A DNA stretch of 26,540 nucleotides from Lysobacterales bacterium (GCA_022844165.1 JALHMH010000053.1:1-26540), one strand, 5' to 3'. Shown: positions 18,400 through 26,540, counted from the first letter of the stretch. The notes: generated by a model not told the origin, from the sequence alone. Translations and numbers: made by a program.

Positions 18400-18605
18400 T
18401 ACGCCGAAATGCAGTGACACTTAAACGCCGTAGCGCGCGTCCTGCGCTCGCTAACGGTGCGCTTCTAAGATCTCGAGTCCGGCGCATGTTCGGACTCGCT
18501 CTCCATGGATCGCGCCCGTAGACTGCTTTTTCTATCGCCTGCTACTGCTTGGTCGCCTCGACAACGCATTATTGCCTGATTGGTCCGTCAGGTCGGAGGA
18601 ACATT

Positions 18606-19337
18606 GTGGACTCTCAGATTGTGAATCCGAGTGTTCTGGTGATCGATGACGATCCTGCGATCCGGGGCATGGTCCGCGATCTTCTCCTGCGCCACAACTT
18701 GCAGGCGGATGCTGTTGGCAGTGTCGCTGAAGCCGAGCGTACGCTTGAATCGGCTCGCTTCGATCTGGTGATTCTCGACGTGCTGATGCCGGGTGAGGAT
18801 GGGACCAGTTTTTGCCGCCGTTTGCGCGAAAAATCCAGCATTCCGATCTTGATGCTCTCGGCCCTTGGTGAGGATATCGACCGCATCCTTGGCCTGGAAC
18901 TCGGCGCCGACGACTACCTCGCAAAGCCATTCAACCCGCGGGAGCTGGTTGCGCGCGTCAAGAGCCTGCTCAGGCGGGCACCGCCGATGCTGCCAGGCGA
19001 GTCGCGCCAGGCCCAGACGAACTACCGATTCGGCGCCTTTCGCTTGTACCCGGAAACCCGGCGGCTACTGGCGAATGGCGAGGACATCTCGCTGACCTCA
19101 GGCGAGTTCTCGCTGCTCCTGCTCCTGGTCCAGCGTGCACCCCGGGTGCTGACCCGCGACCAGCTTCTTACCTTCCTGAAGGGCGCCTCGGGCAACCCAT
19201 TCGATCGCAGTATGGATACGCAGATCAGCCGGATCCGGCGCAAGCTCGAGATCGATCCGAGTCAGCCGCCCTTGATCAAGACGGTCCGAAATCTCGGTTA
19301 TGTCTTTGCCGCCAAGGTCGACGTGGTGCGCGACTGA
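18606..19337 (+). CDS. OmpR/PhoB-family response regulator
   Basis: VLVIDDD, LDVLMPGEDG, GADDYLAKPF, winged-helix DRSMDTQISRIRRK...TVRNLGY; GGAGGA RBS before GTG. Confidence 0.95.
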   Translation: MDSQIVNPSVLVIDDDPAIRGMVRDLLLRHNLQADAVGSVAEAERTLESARFDLVILDVLMPGEDGTSFCRRLREKSSIPILMLSALGEDIDRILGLELGADDYLAKPFNPRELVARVKSLLRRAPPMLPGESRQAQTNYRFGAFRLYPETRRLLANGEDISLTSGEFSLLLLLVQRAPRVLTRDQLLTFLKGASGNPFDRSMDTQISRIRRKLEIDPSQPPLIKTVRNLGYVFAAKVDVVRD

Positions 19338-20692
19338 TGTTCGGACTTCTGCATCGCTCTCTGCTCCTGCAGTCCGTCGCGATCCTGCTGGCAACGGTGT
19401 TAGCCATTCTGGTGTCCATGCAAATGCTGCTTCAGTCAGCATGGATCTTCCGGGCATTCCCGGCGTTGCTGGACCGCCAGGCCGAGACCGTGCTGTCCTT
19501 GGCCACATTGATCGAGCATTCCGATGCCGACGCACGCGCGCATGTGATCACCGTGTTTTCGACCGATGTGCGGAGTGTGAAGTTGATGGATGCGTTTCCG
19601 GTCGGCGCGGCGCCAGATGCGTTTCTGGACGAGCGCTTCCAACATGCCGCTGCGCGTGCGGCGGAACCGATCGAACCGGGTCGACTGCGCTTCCGCCTGG
19701 TCGCCCGGAACTACCCGGTCGGCAATGAACAGCAGGACGGTGTCGAATCTCCCGGTCAGGCACTGTCGCTGTTCGAGACATCCATTCGCCTCTCCACCGG
19801 TGAAGTGCTCGTTGTCCAGCTCGCACCGCTTGCAATACTGGGAAGCTATGCGTTGGCCTTCGTACTCGTGGCCCTGATCGCCTCTGCCGGAATCAGCATC
19901 GCCTGCCTTCAGATCGCATTTCGACCACTTCGAAAGCTGGAGAGCACGGCCGAGGCCATCGGTCACACCAGCCGCCTCGACCCTGTGCCTGAGACAGGCC
20001 CGGAGGACATCCGACGTGTGGCGCGCGCGCTCAATATGATGCAGTCGCGGGTCCAGTCTCTGCTCGCCGAGCGCTCGCAGATGGTCGCGGCGGTCGCCCA
20101 CGACATCCGCACCAGCCTCACGCACATGAAGCTGCGATTGGACGCGATGGAACACCTTCGAGACGGTAACCTGCATGGTGACATCGACCAGATGGAACGG
20201 CTGGTCGGCGACATGATGTTGTACGCAAGCGCCGAACGACCGTCGACCGACCTGGAACTGATCGAGCTGGGCGAGTTCGTGGCGGAACTCTGTGCAGGAC
20301 TGCCGGAGCCCGTGTCCCTCTTTCGCGGACATGAAGCGTTCTTCGTCGCTGCGGATCGGCTTGCACTGGTGCGCGCGCTGACGAATCTGATCGAGAACGC
20401 GCGTCTGTACGCCAGCGACACTGAGGTCTGTGTCGTCGTCGTGGATGGAGACTGCCTGATCCGAGTTGACGACCGTGGTCCCGGCGTCCCCGAACCGCAA
20501 CTCGCCCTGATTGGCAAGCCATTCTTCCGCGGAGAGATCTCCCGGAATCGCGCCACCGGGGGCAGCGGACTGGGACTCTCCATCGCACGCGCGCTGCTCA
20601 GTGCGCAGGGCGCGACACTGCACCTGAAAAACCGCCATGGTGGCGGCTTGCGCGCCGAAGCACGCTTCCCCGCGCGAACCCGCGTGGACTGA
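19337..20692 (+). CDS. Sensor histidine kinase (2 TM, HAMP, HisKA, HATPase)
   Basis: AHDIRTSL H-box, NLIENA, DDRGPG, PFFRG, GGSGLGL; overlaps the regulator stop. Confidence 0.94.
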   Translation: MFGLLHRSLLLQSVAILLATVLAILVSMQMLLQSAWIFRAFPALLDRQAETVLSLATLIEHSDADARAHVITVFSTDVRSVKLMDAFPVGAAPDAFLDERFQHAAARAAEPIEPGRLRFRLVARNYPVGNEQQDGVESPGQALSLFETSIRLSTGEVLVVQLAPLAILGSYALAFVLVALIASAGISIACLQIAFRPLRKLESTAEAIGHTSRLDPVPETGPEDIRRVARALNMMQSRVQSLLAERSQMVAAVAHDIRTSLTHMKLRLDAMEHLRDGNLHGDIDQMERLVGDMMLYASAERPSTDLELIELGEFVAELCAGLPEPVSLFRGHEAFFVAADRLALVRALTNLIENARLYASDTEVCVVVVDGDCLIRVDDRGPGVPEPQLALIGKPFFRGEISRNRATGGSGLGLSIARALLSAQGATLHLKNRHGGGLRAEARFPARTRVD

Positions 20693-20912
20693 CGGAAGCA
20701 GAGAATGCACGGCATTCGGGACGGGGCAGCAAAGGCCAAAACCGAGAAGCAACAACAGGGTTTGGCTGGGTAAACAGCATGAGCCTCAGCACGCACATAA
20801 GTGCTCGCAAACACCATCCTCTCCGATCCAGACTCCCGCCGCTTGCCCGCTTCGGTTGACGAATACATCGCGCCGCCTCAATGACGATCGGTGTGCTTTC
20901 CGTCAGAGTTGG

Positions 20913-21614
20913 TCATTTGGTGGGCAAAGCAGTTCGCCGCTGTGCTTCCACCAAGGCGCCGTCCTGGAGTTCGATGATGCGATCAGCGAGCTCGAGAATC
21001 CGGGAGTCGTGGGTCACCATCACGGTCGTAGTGCCGCGAGCACGGCCAAGGTCACGCAGCAATTGCACCACGCGCTGACCGGAAACCTTGTCCAGGGCAG
21101 CGGTCGGTTCGTCCGCGAACACAATGGCCGGATTGGATACCAGCGCGCGGGCCACGGCGACGCGCTGCTTCTGGCCACCCGAGAGCTTCGCAGGCAGGTA
21201 GTCAACGCGGTCTCCGAGTCCGACCAGTCCGAGCATGTGCTCCGCCGCCAACTGGTGACGATCAGGCTCTCCACGGCCGTGGACCTGCAGAGCCATCAGC
21301 ACGTTCTGCCGAGCGGTCAGGCTGTCGTGCAGGTTGTGCGCCTGGAAGATGAAGCCGAGCCGCCGCCGGAGGCTCTCAAGGGTGGCGGTGTCAGCCCCGG
21401 CAAGCTCGGAGCCCAGCAGTCGGATGCTGCCGCTCTGCACATGGCGAAGGCAGCCCATCAGCGTAAGCAACGTGGTCTTACCGGACCCCGACGGACCCAT
21501 CAACACGACGAGCGAGCCGCGCTCGACGGTAAGGTCGATCCCGAATAGCACCTGCTTGCGCGCTTCGCCGTGTCCAAAGGCATGGTCCACGCCGCGGACA
21601 ATGATCGGATCCAT
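20913..21614 (-). CDS. DevA-like ABC exporter ATP-binding subunit
   Basis: [45 protein letters not shown]. Confidence 0.92.
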   Translation of the reverse strand: MDPIIVRGVDHAFGHGEARKQVLFGIDLTVERGSLVVLMGPSGSGKTTLLTLMGCLRHVQSGSIRLLGSELAGADTATLESLRRRLGFIFQAHNLHDSLTARQNVLMALQVHGRGEPDRHQLAAEHMLGLVGLGDRVDYLPAKLSGGQKQRVAVARALVSNPAIVFADEPTAALDKVSGQRVVQLLRDLGRARGTTTVMVTHDSRILELADRIIELQDGALVEAQRRTALPTK

Positions 21615-22792
21615 CAGAAGAGTTCCGCGGGATCGGCGGCACGCAGGCGGCGGATGGCCAGCAGGCCAGAAACCGCGCACGCCAACAGGGTGCCAAGAAA
21701 GACCAGGACAGCGCGCTCGGTGGTCATGAACAACGGAACACTCGCTCGTTGAACCAGTCCGTCGTAGAACAGCAGTGAGACCAGGATTCCGGGGACGAAT
21801 CCGAGCGTGCCAAGGACCAGTGCCTCTTCCAGGATGACGCCAACGAAAAAGCGATGTGGATAGCCGATGGCCTTGAACGTAGCGTATTCCCGGAGGTGAT
21901 CCGCGACATCGGTGGCCAGCACCTGATAGGCGATGACGATGCCGACAATGACGCCGATGATGACTCCGAAGGTAAAGATGATCCCTGTGGGCCGGTCCTG
22001 CAGCTGAACCCTGGCGGCCACGGTCATGGCTTCCTGGATGGGCAATACCTTGACGTTATGCGCGCCGAGAAGGGCCTGCACGCTTGCGGCCACGCGGCGA
22101 TGGTCGGCGCCGGACGCCACGCGCAACAGCAGGTGGCTGGGCGCCGCCGAGCTGCGGTTTGGTACGAGGCGGAAGAACGTCTGTTCGCTGACCAACAAAC
22201 CGCCGTCGCCACCGAAGCCGCCACCGAGGCTGAAGCTGCCGACGGACTGGATGCGCCGACCCTGGATCTCGAAAGGCACCGGGGTGTCCGGCGAGGACTT
22301 CTCGAACGGTGTCATGTCGAGGAATCGGGTCTTGCTGTCGGTCAATGCAGTGTCCAGCATGGAGACCGCCTCAAGTTGGATGGATAGGTCTTCGCGAAAG
22401 AACTCCCGATGATGGGGAGCGATCGCGTAAACTGCGAGTGCAGAGCTGTCGCCCTCTACGGTCAGCCAGGCCAGGCGCCCGACGAACAGCGGCGCGCCGT
22501 CGATGATCTCGGGATGTGCGAGCGCCTGATACAGCCGGGCGCGCGGCAGGTTCGAACCGTCGTCGAAGCCGTCCGAGTCCACAGCCGAGACTAGCAGCAG
22601 GTTGTCGTCGAACAGCCGATACGGGCGCGCGACCGCCTCTTCTAGCGAGCCGGAGAGCCCAAGTTGGACAAACACCAGCACGTTGGCGAACGCAACGCCA
22701 GCGACGGCGGCGAGCAGCCGTCCGGGGTTGTGGCGCAGCTGCAGCCAGCCGATCGGTAAGCGGCCGAGCAGTCGGGTCAGCCAGGCCGTCAC
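21614..22792 (-). CDS. DevC-like (FtsX-type) ABC exporter permease
   Basis: WLQL...RLLAAVAGVAFANVLVFVQLG, YQVLATDVADHLREYATFKAIGY, RRLRAADPAELF; GTG overlaps the upstream stop. Confidence 0.9.
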   Translation of the reverse strand: MTAWLTRLLGRLPIGWLQLRHNPGRLLAAVAGVAFANVLVFVQLGLSGSLEEAVARPYRLFDDNLLLVSAVDSDGFDDGSNLPRARLYQALAHPEIIDGAPLFVGRLAWLTVEGDSSALAVYAIAPHHREFFREDLSIQLEAVSMLDTALTDSKTRFLDMTPFEKSSPDTPVPFEIQGRRIQSVGSFSLGGGFGGDGGLLVSEQTFFRLVPNRSSAAPSHLLLRVASGADHRRVAASVQALLGAHNVKVLPIQEAMTVAARVQLQDRPTGIIFTFGVIIGVIVGIVIAYQVLATDVADHLREYATFKAIGYPHRFFVGVILEEALVLGTLGFVPGILVSLLFYDGLVQRASVPLFMTTERAVLVFLGTLLACAVSGLLAIRRLRAADPAELF

Positions 22793-23964
22793 GGGACCGC
22801 CTCGACGTCGACATGAGCGATGATCTCGAGACCCACGAACCGCGCGGCTTGCGCCATGGAAGCCGCATCGATGTCCACCCAAGCCTTGACCACGCGGGCA
22901 TCCGTGTTCGCTGCGGGCTCGCTGCTGGTCAGGGACTGCCGGCCTACCTCCAGACCGATTCGGCGAACGGTACCGGTGATCGGCACGGCGAGTACGGGGG
23001 ATTCGAGTCGCACAGTCTGGCCGACCGATAGTCGCGGTACGGCATCTTGATAGACTTCGATTTCGGCCTCCATTCGGGACAGGTCGGCGAGGCTGAGCAG
23101 GGTTCCTCCTGGGGCACGCTCGCCCGGCTGCACATCGACCGACAGTACCGTGCCGCTCGACGGCGCATAGACCGTAGCCGAGCGCACCTCGACCTCGGCC
23201 CGAGCAAGTTCTGAGCGTGCCGCTGCCAGATTCTGTTCGGCAAGCTTGATGTCGGTGGTACCGAGGCGGCTGGCCGCAGCTTCGGCGCGCCTCAGCTCGG
23301 CGGCGGCCTGCTCCGCTGTCGCTTGAGCGGCCTCGAGTTGGGAGCGGGAAACCGTGTTTTCTTTCGCCAGTTGCTCAAAGCGGGCGAGTTCGCGATTGGC
23401 CTGGGCGACAGCCGTTCGCGCCGCGTCAATGTTGGCGGTGCCTTCCCTCTGGCCGACGCTGACGTCGCGTCTAACCTGCTCCAGCGCGGTTTCCGATACC
23501 TGGACCGCGCGCTCGGCCGCATCGCGCGCGGCGAGCAGTTGGGGGTAGGTATCCAGTACGACCAAGGGCGCGTCGAATTCGACAACATCGCCCTCCTGAA
23601 CCAGCAAGTCGAGTACCCGCGGCGCCGAGGCAGTGGTCGGCCCGGCCACTTCAATCACGCCCCCCACGGGCTGCAGCCGGCCAAGCGCCACGACACCGCT
23701 TGCGCGTAACGGAAGCTCTTCAGGCGGCGGCGCCGGTACCGCAATCGGCGGACGCAGGGCGCCGCCACCAGGTTCGAGCCCGGTGGTGGCAAAGAACGCA
23801 CGGACCAGCGGCCCCTGGATGTACATGCCGCCGATCGCACCGAGCATCAGCAGGATGCCGGCGAGGCCCGCCAGCGCCGCGATTGGTAGCTTGAGACGCC
23901 GGGTTGGCGACACGGGGCCAGTGCCAGGCTCGGCGAGCGGAAGATCTGGGGACGACGATTCCAT
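22789..23964 (-). CDS. DevB-like HlyD-family periplasmic adaptor subunit
   Basis: N-terminal TM, VVALGRL.P, LLVQEGDVV, coiled hairpin, AP..GTVL, EVYQ, DARVV. Confidence 0.9.
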   Translation of the reverse strand: MESSSPDLPLAEPGTGPVSPTRRLKLPIAALAGLAGILLMLGAIGGMYIQGPLVRAFFATTGLEPGGGALRPPIAVPAPPPEELPLRASGVVALGRLQPVGGVIEVAGPTTASAPRVLDLLVQEGDVVEFDAPLVVLDTYPQLLAARDAAERAVQVSETALEQVRRDVSVGQREGTANIDAARTAVAQANRELARFEQLAKENTVSRSQLEAAQATAEQAAAELRRAEAAASRLGTTDIKLAEQNLAAARSELARAEVEVRSATVYAPSSGTVLSVDVQPGERAPGGTLLSLADLSRMEAEIEVYQDAVPRLSVGQTVRLESPVLAVPITGTVRRIGLEVGRQSLTSSEPAANTDARVVKAWVDIDAASMAQAARFVGLEIIAHVDVEAVP

Positions 23965-24173
23965 GGTCGGGCTCACCTTTAGTAGGGACGCGCGGCTGTG
24001 CCACCTGCGCAGAGGAGAACGCACTGTCTGGCGTGACCGCACGTCGATCGAACGCCAGCGTCCCAGCACATGCGAGTCGCCAACATGCCCCAAGTTCGGA
24101 CTCGCTGGCAGCCAAGCAAGCGCTTGCTCGCTTGCCGTGCGGGCGTGTGTGGCAGTTGCTGGCAGGCCATCGA

Positions 24174-24578
24174 CTAACAGCCTGCGCTGCGCTCGGTTTT
24201 GTCAACCTGATCGTTGCCGTCCGAGTCTGCGGCGTCGAACCCTGGCGTGGCGCCATTGACGAACTCGTCTTCGCTCAGACGACCGTCACGGTTCTTGTCG
24301 AACATTCCGAGAAGGGGAGTCAGTTGCTCGTTGTATCGGTCGCGAAAAGGCCGCGGCGCGTCTTTTGGTTCTGCGGTCCCGTCGCCGTTGCGATCGAGTC
24401 GGGCAAACGCCTGTTCACGGAAATCCTTGATCTCGGCCCGCGTGAGCGTACCGTCGTTGTTCCCATCCGCCTTGGCGAACAAGTCTTCGATCTCTGCGCA
24501 GGAACGGGCGTCTGCTTGTGCGATCAGGCCAAAGAAAATGGCGACAGACATCAGATAGTGCGGAACTGAAACTTTCAT
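24174..24578 (-). CDS. Secreted EF-hand calcium-binding protein (four EF-hand-like loops)
   Basis: Signal peptide ending ADA; loops DGNNDGTLTRAE, DRNGDGTAEPKD, DKNRDGRLSEDE, DSDGNDQVDKTE; AAGGA RBS. Confidence 0.88.
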   Translation of the reverse strand: MKVSVPHYLMSVAIFFGLIAQADARSCAEIEDLFAKADGNNDGTLTRAEIKDFREQAFARLDRNGDGTAEPKDAPRPFRDRYNEQLTPLLGMFDKNRDGRLSEDEFVNGATPGFDAADSDGNDQVDKTERSAGC

Positions 24579-24678
24579 CTTTGGTCCTTTCGTGATTGCG
24601 GTTTGCTGTAAATCGCGGCCGATTGCGAACGCCAGTCTGCCGGCGATGCGTCACGGGTGATTGTCTGGACACGCGTCG

Positions 24679-24693
24679 TTTGTGGCAATTTGT
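24679..24693 (-). promoter_or_regulatory. Tandem direct repeat ACAAA-N5-ACAAA, candidate OmpR-type binding site
   Basis: Minus strand ACAAATTGCCACAAA about 100 nt upstream of the EF-hand gene; extra ACAAT half-site at 24660-24664. Confidence 0.35.
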
Positions 24694-24764
24694 TGCTGGT
24701 TGACTTTCCCCGTGAGAATGGACGGCGGCATGCTGGGCCTGCGCGACTGCGGGCAACCGGACAG

Positions 24765-25145
24765 ATGCAGGCGATATGCGTGCTCAGCCTCGCGCAGCAA
24801 GGCAACTTTCTTTATGTGGCCGATGGCAATGCCGAGGTGCGAGTGCTCAACATCGCCAATCCAGCGGCCATCGTCGCGGCGGGAACGCTCGATATCTTCC
24901 CTGGCCTGGCCGGTGGTCTGGCGATCGATGGCACACGTTTGTACGTCGCAGCCGGCCCATTCTGGGGCACCGTGATCGCCAGCATCGCCACACCAACAGC
25001 CCCGGTTCGAGTCGGCAACCTGGCGACACCAGACAGCGTCTTGGATATCGATCTCGCGAACGGCGCGCTGATCGCCGCCGAGGGCGCCAACGGCGTCCGT
25101 TTTCATTCCTGCCGCAACACGGTCTTCGCCAACGGCTTTGAGTGA
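24765..25145 (+). pseudogene. 5'-truncated LVIVD-repeat protein with C-terminal GFE motif
   Basis: Repeats GNFLYVADG..EVRVLNIANP and GTRLYVAAG...VIASIATPTAP; ends NTVFANGFE*; no signal peptide or clear RBS. Confidence 0.7.
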
Positions 25146-25146
25146 G

Positions 25147-25267
25147 GTGCGCCGGCGAAACCGGCCGAGTGTCAGGGGTGAAAGTCCGCGCCAACAAAGG
25201 AGTAGCGATCCACGTTGTCCCCGAGTCATGCGCGCTGCGTCGTGAGGCGTAACGTAAAGCGTTGACA
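25147..25267 (+). mobile_element. Group II intron 5' end (domain I fragment), truncated
   Basis: Starts GTGCG; contains GGTGAAAGTCC, GTAGCGATCCAC, CCCCGAGTCATGC, CGTGAGG and AAGCGTTGACA in the order recalled for bacterial group II intron 5' regions; no RT ORF or domain V follows. Confidence 0.75.
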
Positions 25268-25329
25268 TCGCGCACGGTGGTTGATCACCCGACGCTGAAC
25301 AAACTGGCTCGCCGCCGAACGCCGTCGTC

Positions 25330-25770
25330 TTGTGCTCGCGTTTACAACTCGATGAAAATGAATGGGAGGAAATGCCATGGTGGTCAATCCATGAACCTCC
25401 AGAGAATTTCGCGTGCAAATTCAGCACGCTACTTCCCCCGCTGAAATCATGGCATGATGACTTACATCAATGGGGCGAGCAGGCTTCCGACTTAATCGAA
25501 ATCTGGTACAAAGAAGGAAAGCTGGAGTCCGTCAGTGTTCGATTTGATTGCAGAAAATTGAATTATGACTTTATATCATCTGTAATCAATGTAGCGAATT
25601 CAATTAACTGTCGCCTTGTTTACTCTCGTTATAAAACTGTAATGCCAAACGCAATTCAAGAGCTATTGTCTTTTATTAAAGAGTCCCCTAGTCAGAAGGT
25701 ACTGCTAAATCCGGCAGAGTGGCTGCCCAAATTGGCGATGGAGGTTGCTGATGAACAAAAAAATCGCTAA
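25330..25770 (+). CDS. Hypothetical protein, integron gene cassette (probably 5'-truncated)
   Basis: AT-rich ORF whose TAA stop lies inside the attC R'' box; weak TTG start at a composition break. Confidence 0.65.
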   Translation: MCSRLQLDENEWEEMPWWSIHEPPENFACKFSTLLPPLKSWHDDLHQWGEQASDLIEIWYKEGKLESVSVRFDCRKLNYDFISSVINVANSINCRLVYSRYKTVMPNAIQELLSFIKESPSQKVLLNPAEWLPKLAMEVADEQKNR

Positions 25771-25848
25771 CAACGCGGTCAACTTCACTGCGGCCCGTTG
25801 GGCCTCCGTCGGACGCGCTGACGCGCGCCGGTTACCTTTGCGTTAGGC
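25765..25848 (+). mobile_element. attC integron recombination site (84 bp)
   Basis: R'' CGCTAAC ... R' GTTAGGC; L'' GGTCAAC pairs with L' GTTACC leaving one extrahelical base; AACGC/GCGTT pairing; GC-rich central hairpins. Confidence 0.88.
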
Positions 25849-25854
25849 TTCATT

Positions 25855-26364
25855 ATGACAGTCCTTGCAGTTTTTGTTCCTTTGGTGTCGTTCGCCCTCG
25901 TGGGAACTGAGCCGTTATCGGAGCCGCAGCGTGAGAGATTTCGGACGCTGGCAATCGAAGCTCGGCAAAGCGGGGACGCAAGTCCGAAGCAGTACGCGGA
26001 TGTTATTTCACGCCTGGCGGGGGATCCGTGCCGAAACGTTGCACATGAATTGTCTGAAACAGAACGGACTGCGCTGGAAGCGGAGCTTTCCAGAAGCCTC
26101 TCGCTGCCGTCCGTGCAGGTGTATGCTCGGTTGAAGCTAGGAAATTGGGCCGTGATCTATTCAAACATTAGCCCCGGAGATCCTACTTACGCCTTCTTTT
26201 CGGCTGATCCTCTAAGCGGAGGCAAGCCTGTCGAGTTTTGGTCTGGAGGAGGTCCGTTCTATGAAGTGGGAGACATTTCAGAATGGGCTTCGGAGAATGT
26301 TCCGGGTGTTCCAAAGGAGTTGGCGGAGTGCTTCGCTTGGTATGTCACAATGGGTACGGAATGA
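25855..26364 (+). CDS. Hypothetical secreted protein, integron gene cassette
   Basis: ATG 6 nt after GTTAGGC; GCCTAAC 1 nt after the stop; hydrophobic N-terminus. Confidence 0.8.
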   Translation: MTVLAVFVPLVSFALVGTEPLSEPQRERFRTLAIEARQSGDASPKQYADVISRLAGDPCRNVAHELSETERTALEAELSRSLSLPSVQVYARLKLGNWAVIYSNISPGDPTYAFFSADPLSGGKPVEFWSGGGPFYEVGDISEWASENVPGVPKELAECFAWYVTMGTE

Positions 26365-26365
26365 A

Positions 26366-26372
26366 GCCTAAC
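26366..26372 (+). mobile_element. R'' box of a second, truncated attC
   Basis: GCCTAAC is the exact reverse complement of the cassette's leading GTTAGGC; no L boxes or R' follow. Confidence 0.65.
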
Positions 26373-26540
26373 CTCTCATGATTCTGTGCAATCGCCCCCG
26401 AGCATGAAATCCCCGAGTGGGCGCGCTGGGGCTCAACTCCGATCCGCTGGCTTTAAGCTGCTTGCGCATCACGCGGTGCATCAGCAGCGCCAGAAAACAG
26501 ATCAGCGCGTGCGCGCGGATGCGGTTCTCCAGGCGGTGGT
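26368..26540 (-). pseudogene. IS1634-family transposase C-terminal fragment (runs off window)
   Basis: Minus frame HRLENRIRAHALICFLALLMHRVMRKQLKASGSELSP...; HRL..RIRAH..ICFLAL is typical of IS1634; resemblance ends after LSP and the frame stops within the R'' box. Confidence 0.8.

Noticed and set aside
18240-18400. Known riboswitch or ribozyme (c-di-GMP-I, hammerhead) upstream of the beta-helix gene
   Set aside because: Required cores are not present (CTGATGG rather than CTGATGA; no GGCAAA/GCAAAG pattern); kept only as an unassigned structured element.
20693-20912. Small ORF or terminator between the convergent HK and DevA-like genes
   Set aside because: Short hairpins (e.g. GAATGC-ACG-GCATTC) lack U-tracts; ORFs have no RBS or recognisable motif.
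19436-21548. Long antisense or overlapping ORFs (e.g. 19436-20755 -, 20637-21548 +, 12706-13467 -)
   Set aside because: Shadow frames of well-supported genes in GC-rich DNA, with no motifs.
18488-24106. 13-bp direct repeat GTTCGGACTCGCT at 18488-18500 and 24094-24106 as a target-site duplication
   Set aside because: It excludes the EF-hand gene, no recombinase or IRs are associated, and a few 13-mer matches are expected by chance in a window this size.
25268-25329. GC-rich spacer read as a transposase or carrier-protein fragment (VVDHPTL)
   Set aside because: Too short to assign.
1-26540. CRISPR array, tRNA, rRNA, integron integrase, intron reverse transcriptase
   Set aside because: No regularly spaced repeats, cloverleaf, rRNA-like sequence, tyrosine-recombinase motif or YADD-type motif seen.

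Overview
GC-rich proteobacterial chromosome segment, probably Xanthomonadales/Lysobacterales-like (inferred from bTHX and C-terminal 'GFE'-tagged proteins), with mobile-element debris at both ends. Left end: 3' end and right IR of an IS30-family element, an AT-richer DUF4262-like gene and an integrase-core (rve) fragment missing from the ORF track. Core region: DUF808-bioB-bioF; DUF3034 plus a signal-peptide-bearing group I truncated hemoglobin; an NTF2-like gene; DUF3429 plus a renalase-like oxidoreductase; 30S protein bTHX; an ABC ATPase with an unknown membrane partner; a MASE1-GGDEF-EAL protein; DUF4124-LOG-mutM; and a beta-helix protein plus a large delta-60-repeat protein. Next is an apparently inserted module: OmpR/histidine kinase convergent with a secreted EF-hand protein and a DevBCA-type exporter. 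Right end: a 5'-truncated LVIVD-repeat gene ending in GFE, the 5' ~120 nt of a group II intron, two integron-type cassettes (one complete attC, one cut off after R'') and an IS1634 transposase remnant. Best leads: the shared terminal GFE motif as a putative sorting signal, the EF-hand/DevBCA/TCS module, the intron-cassette-IS junction and a structured intergenic element at 18275-18399. All family assignments are from motif recognition by eye; no database searches were run.
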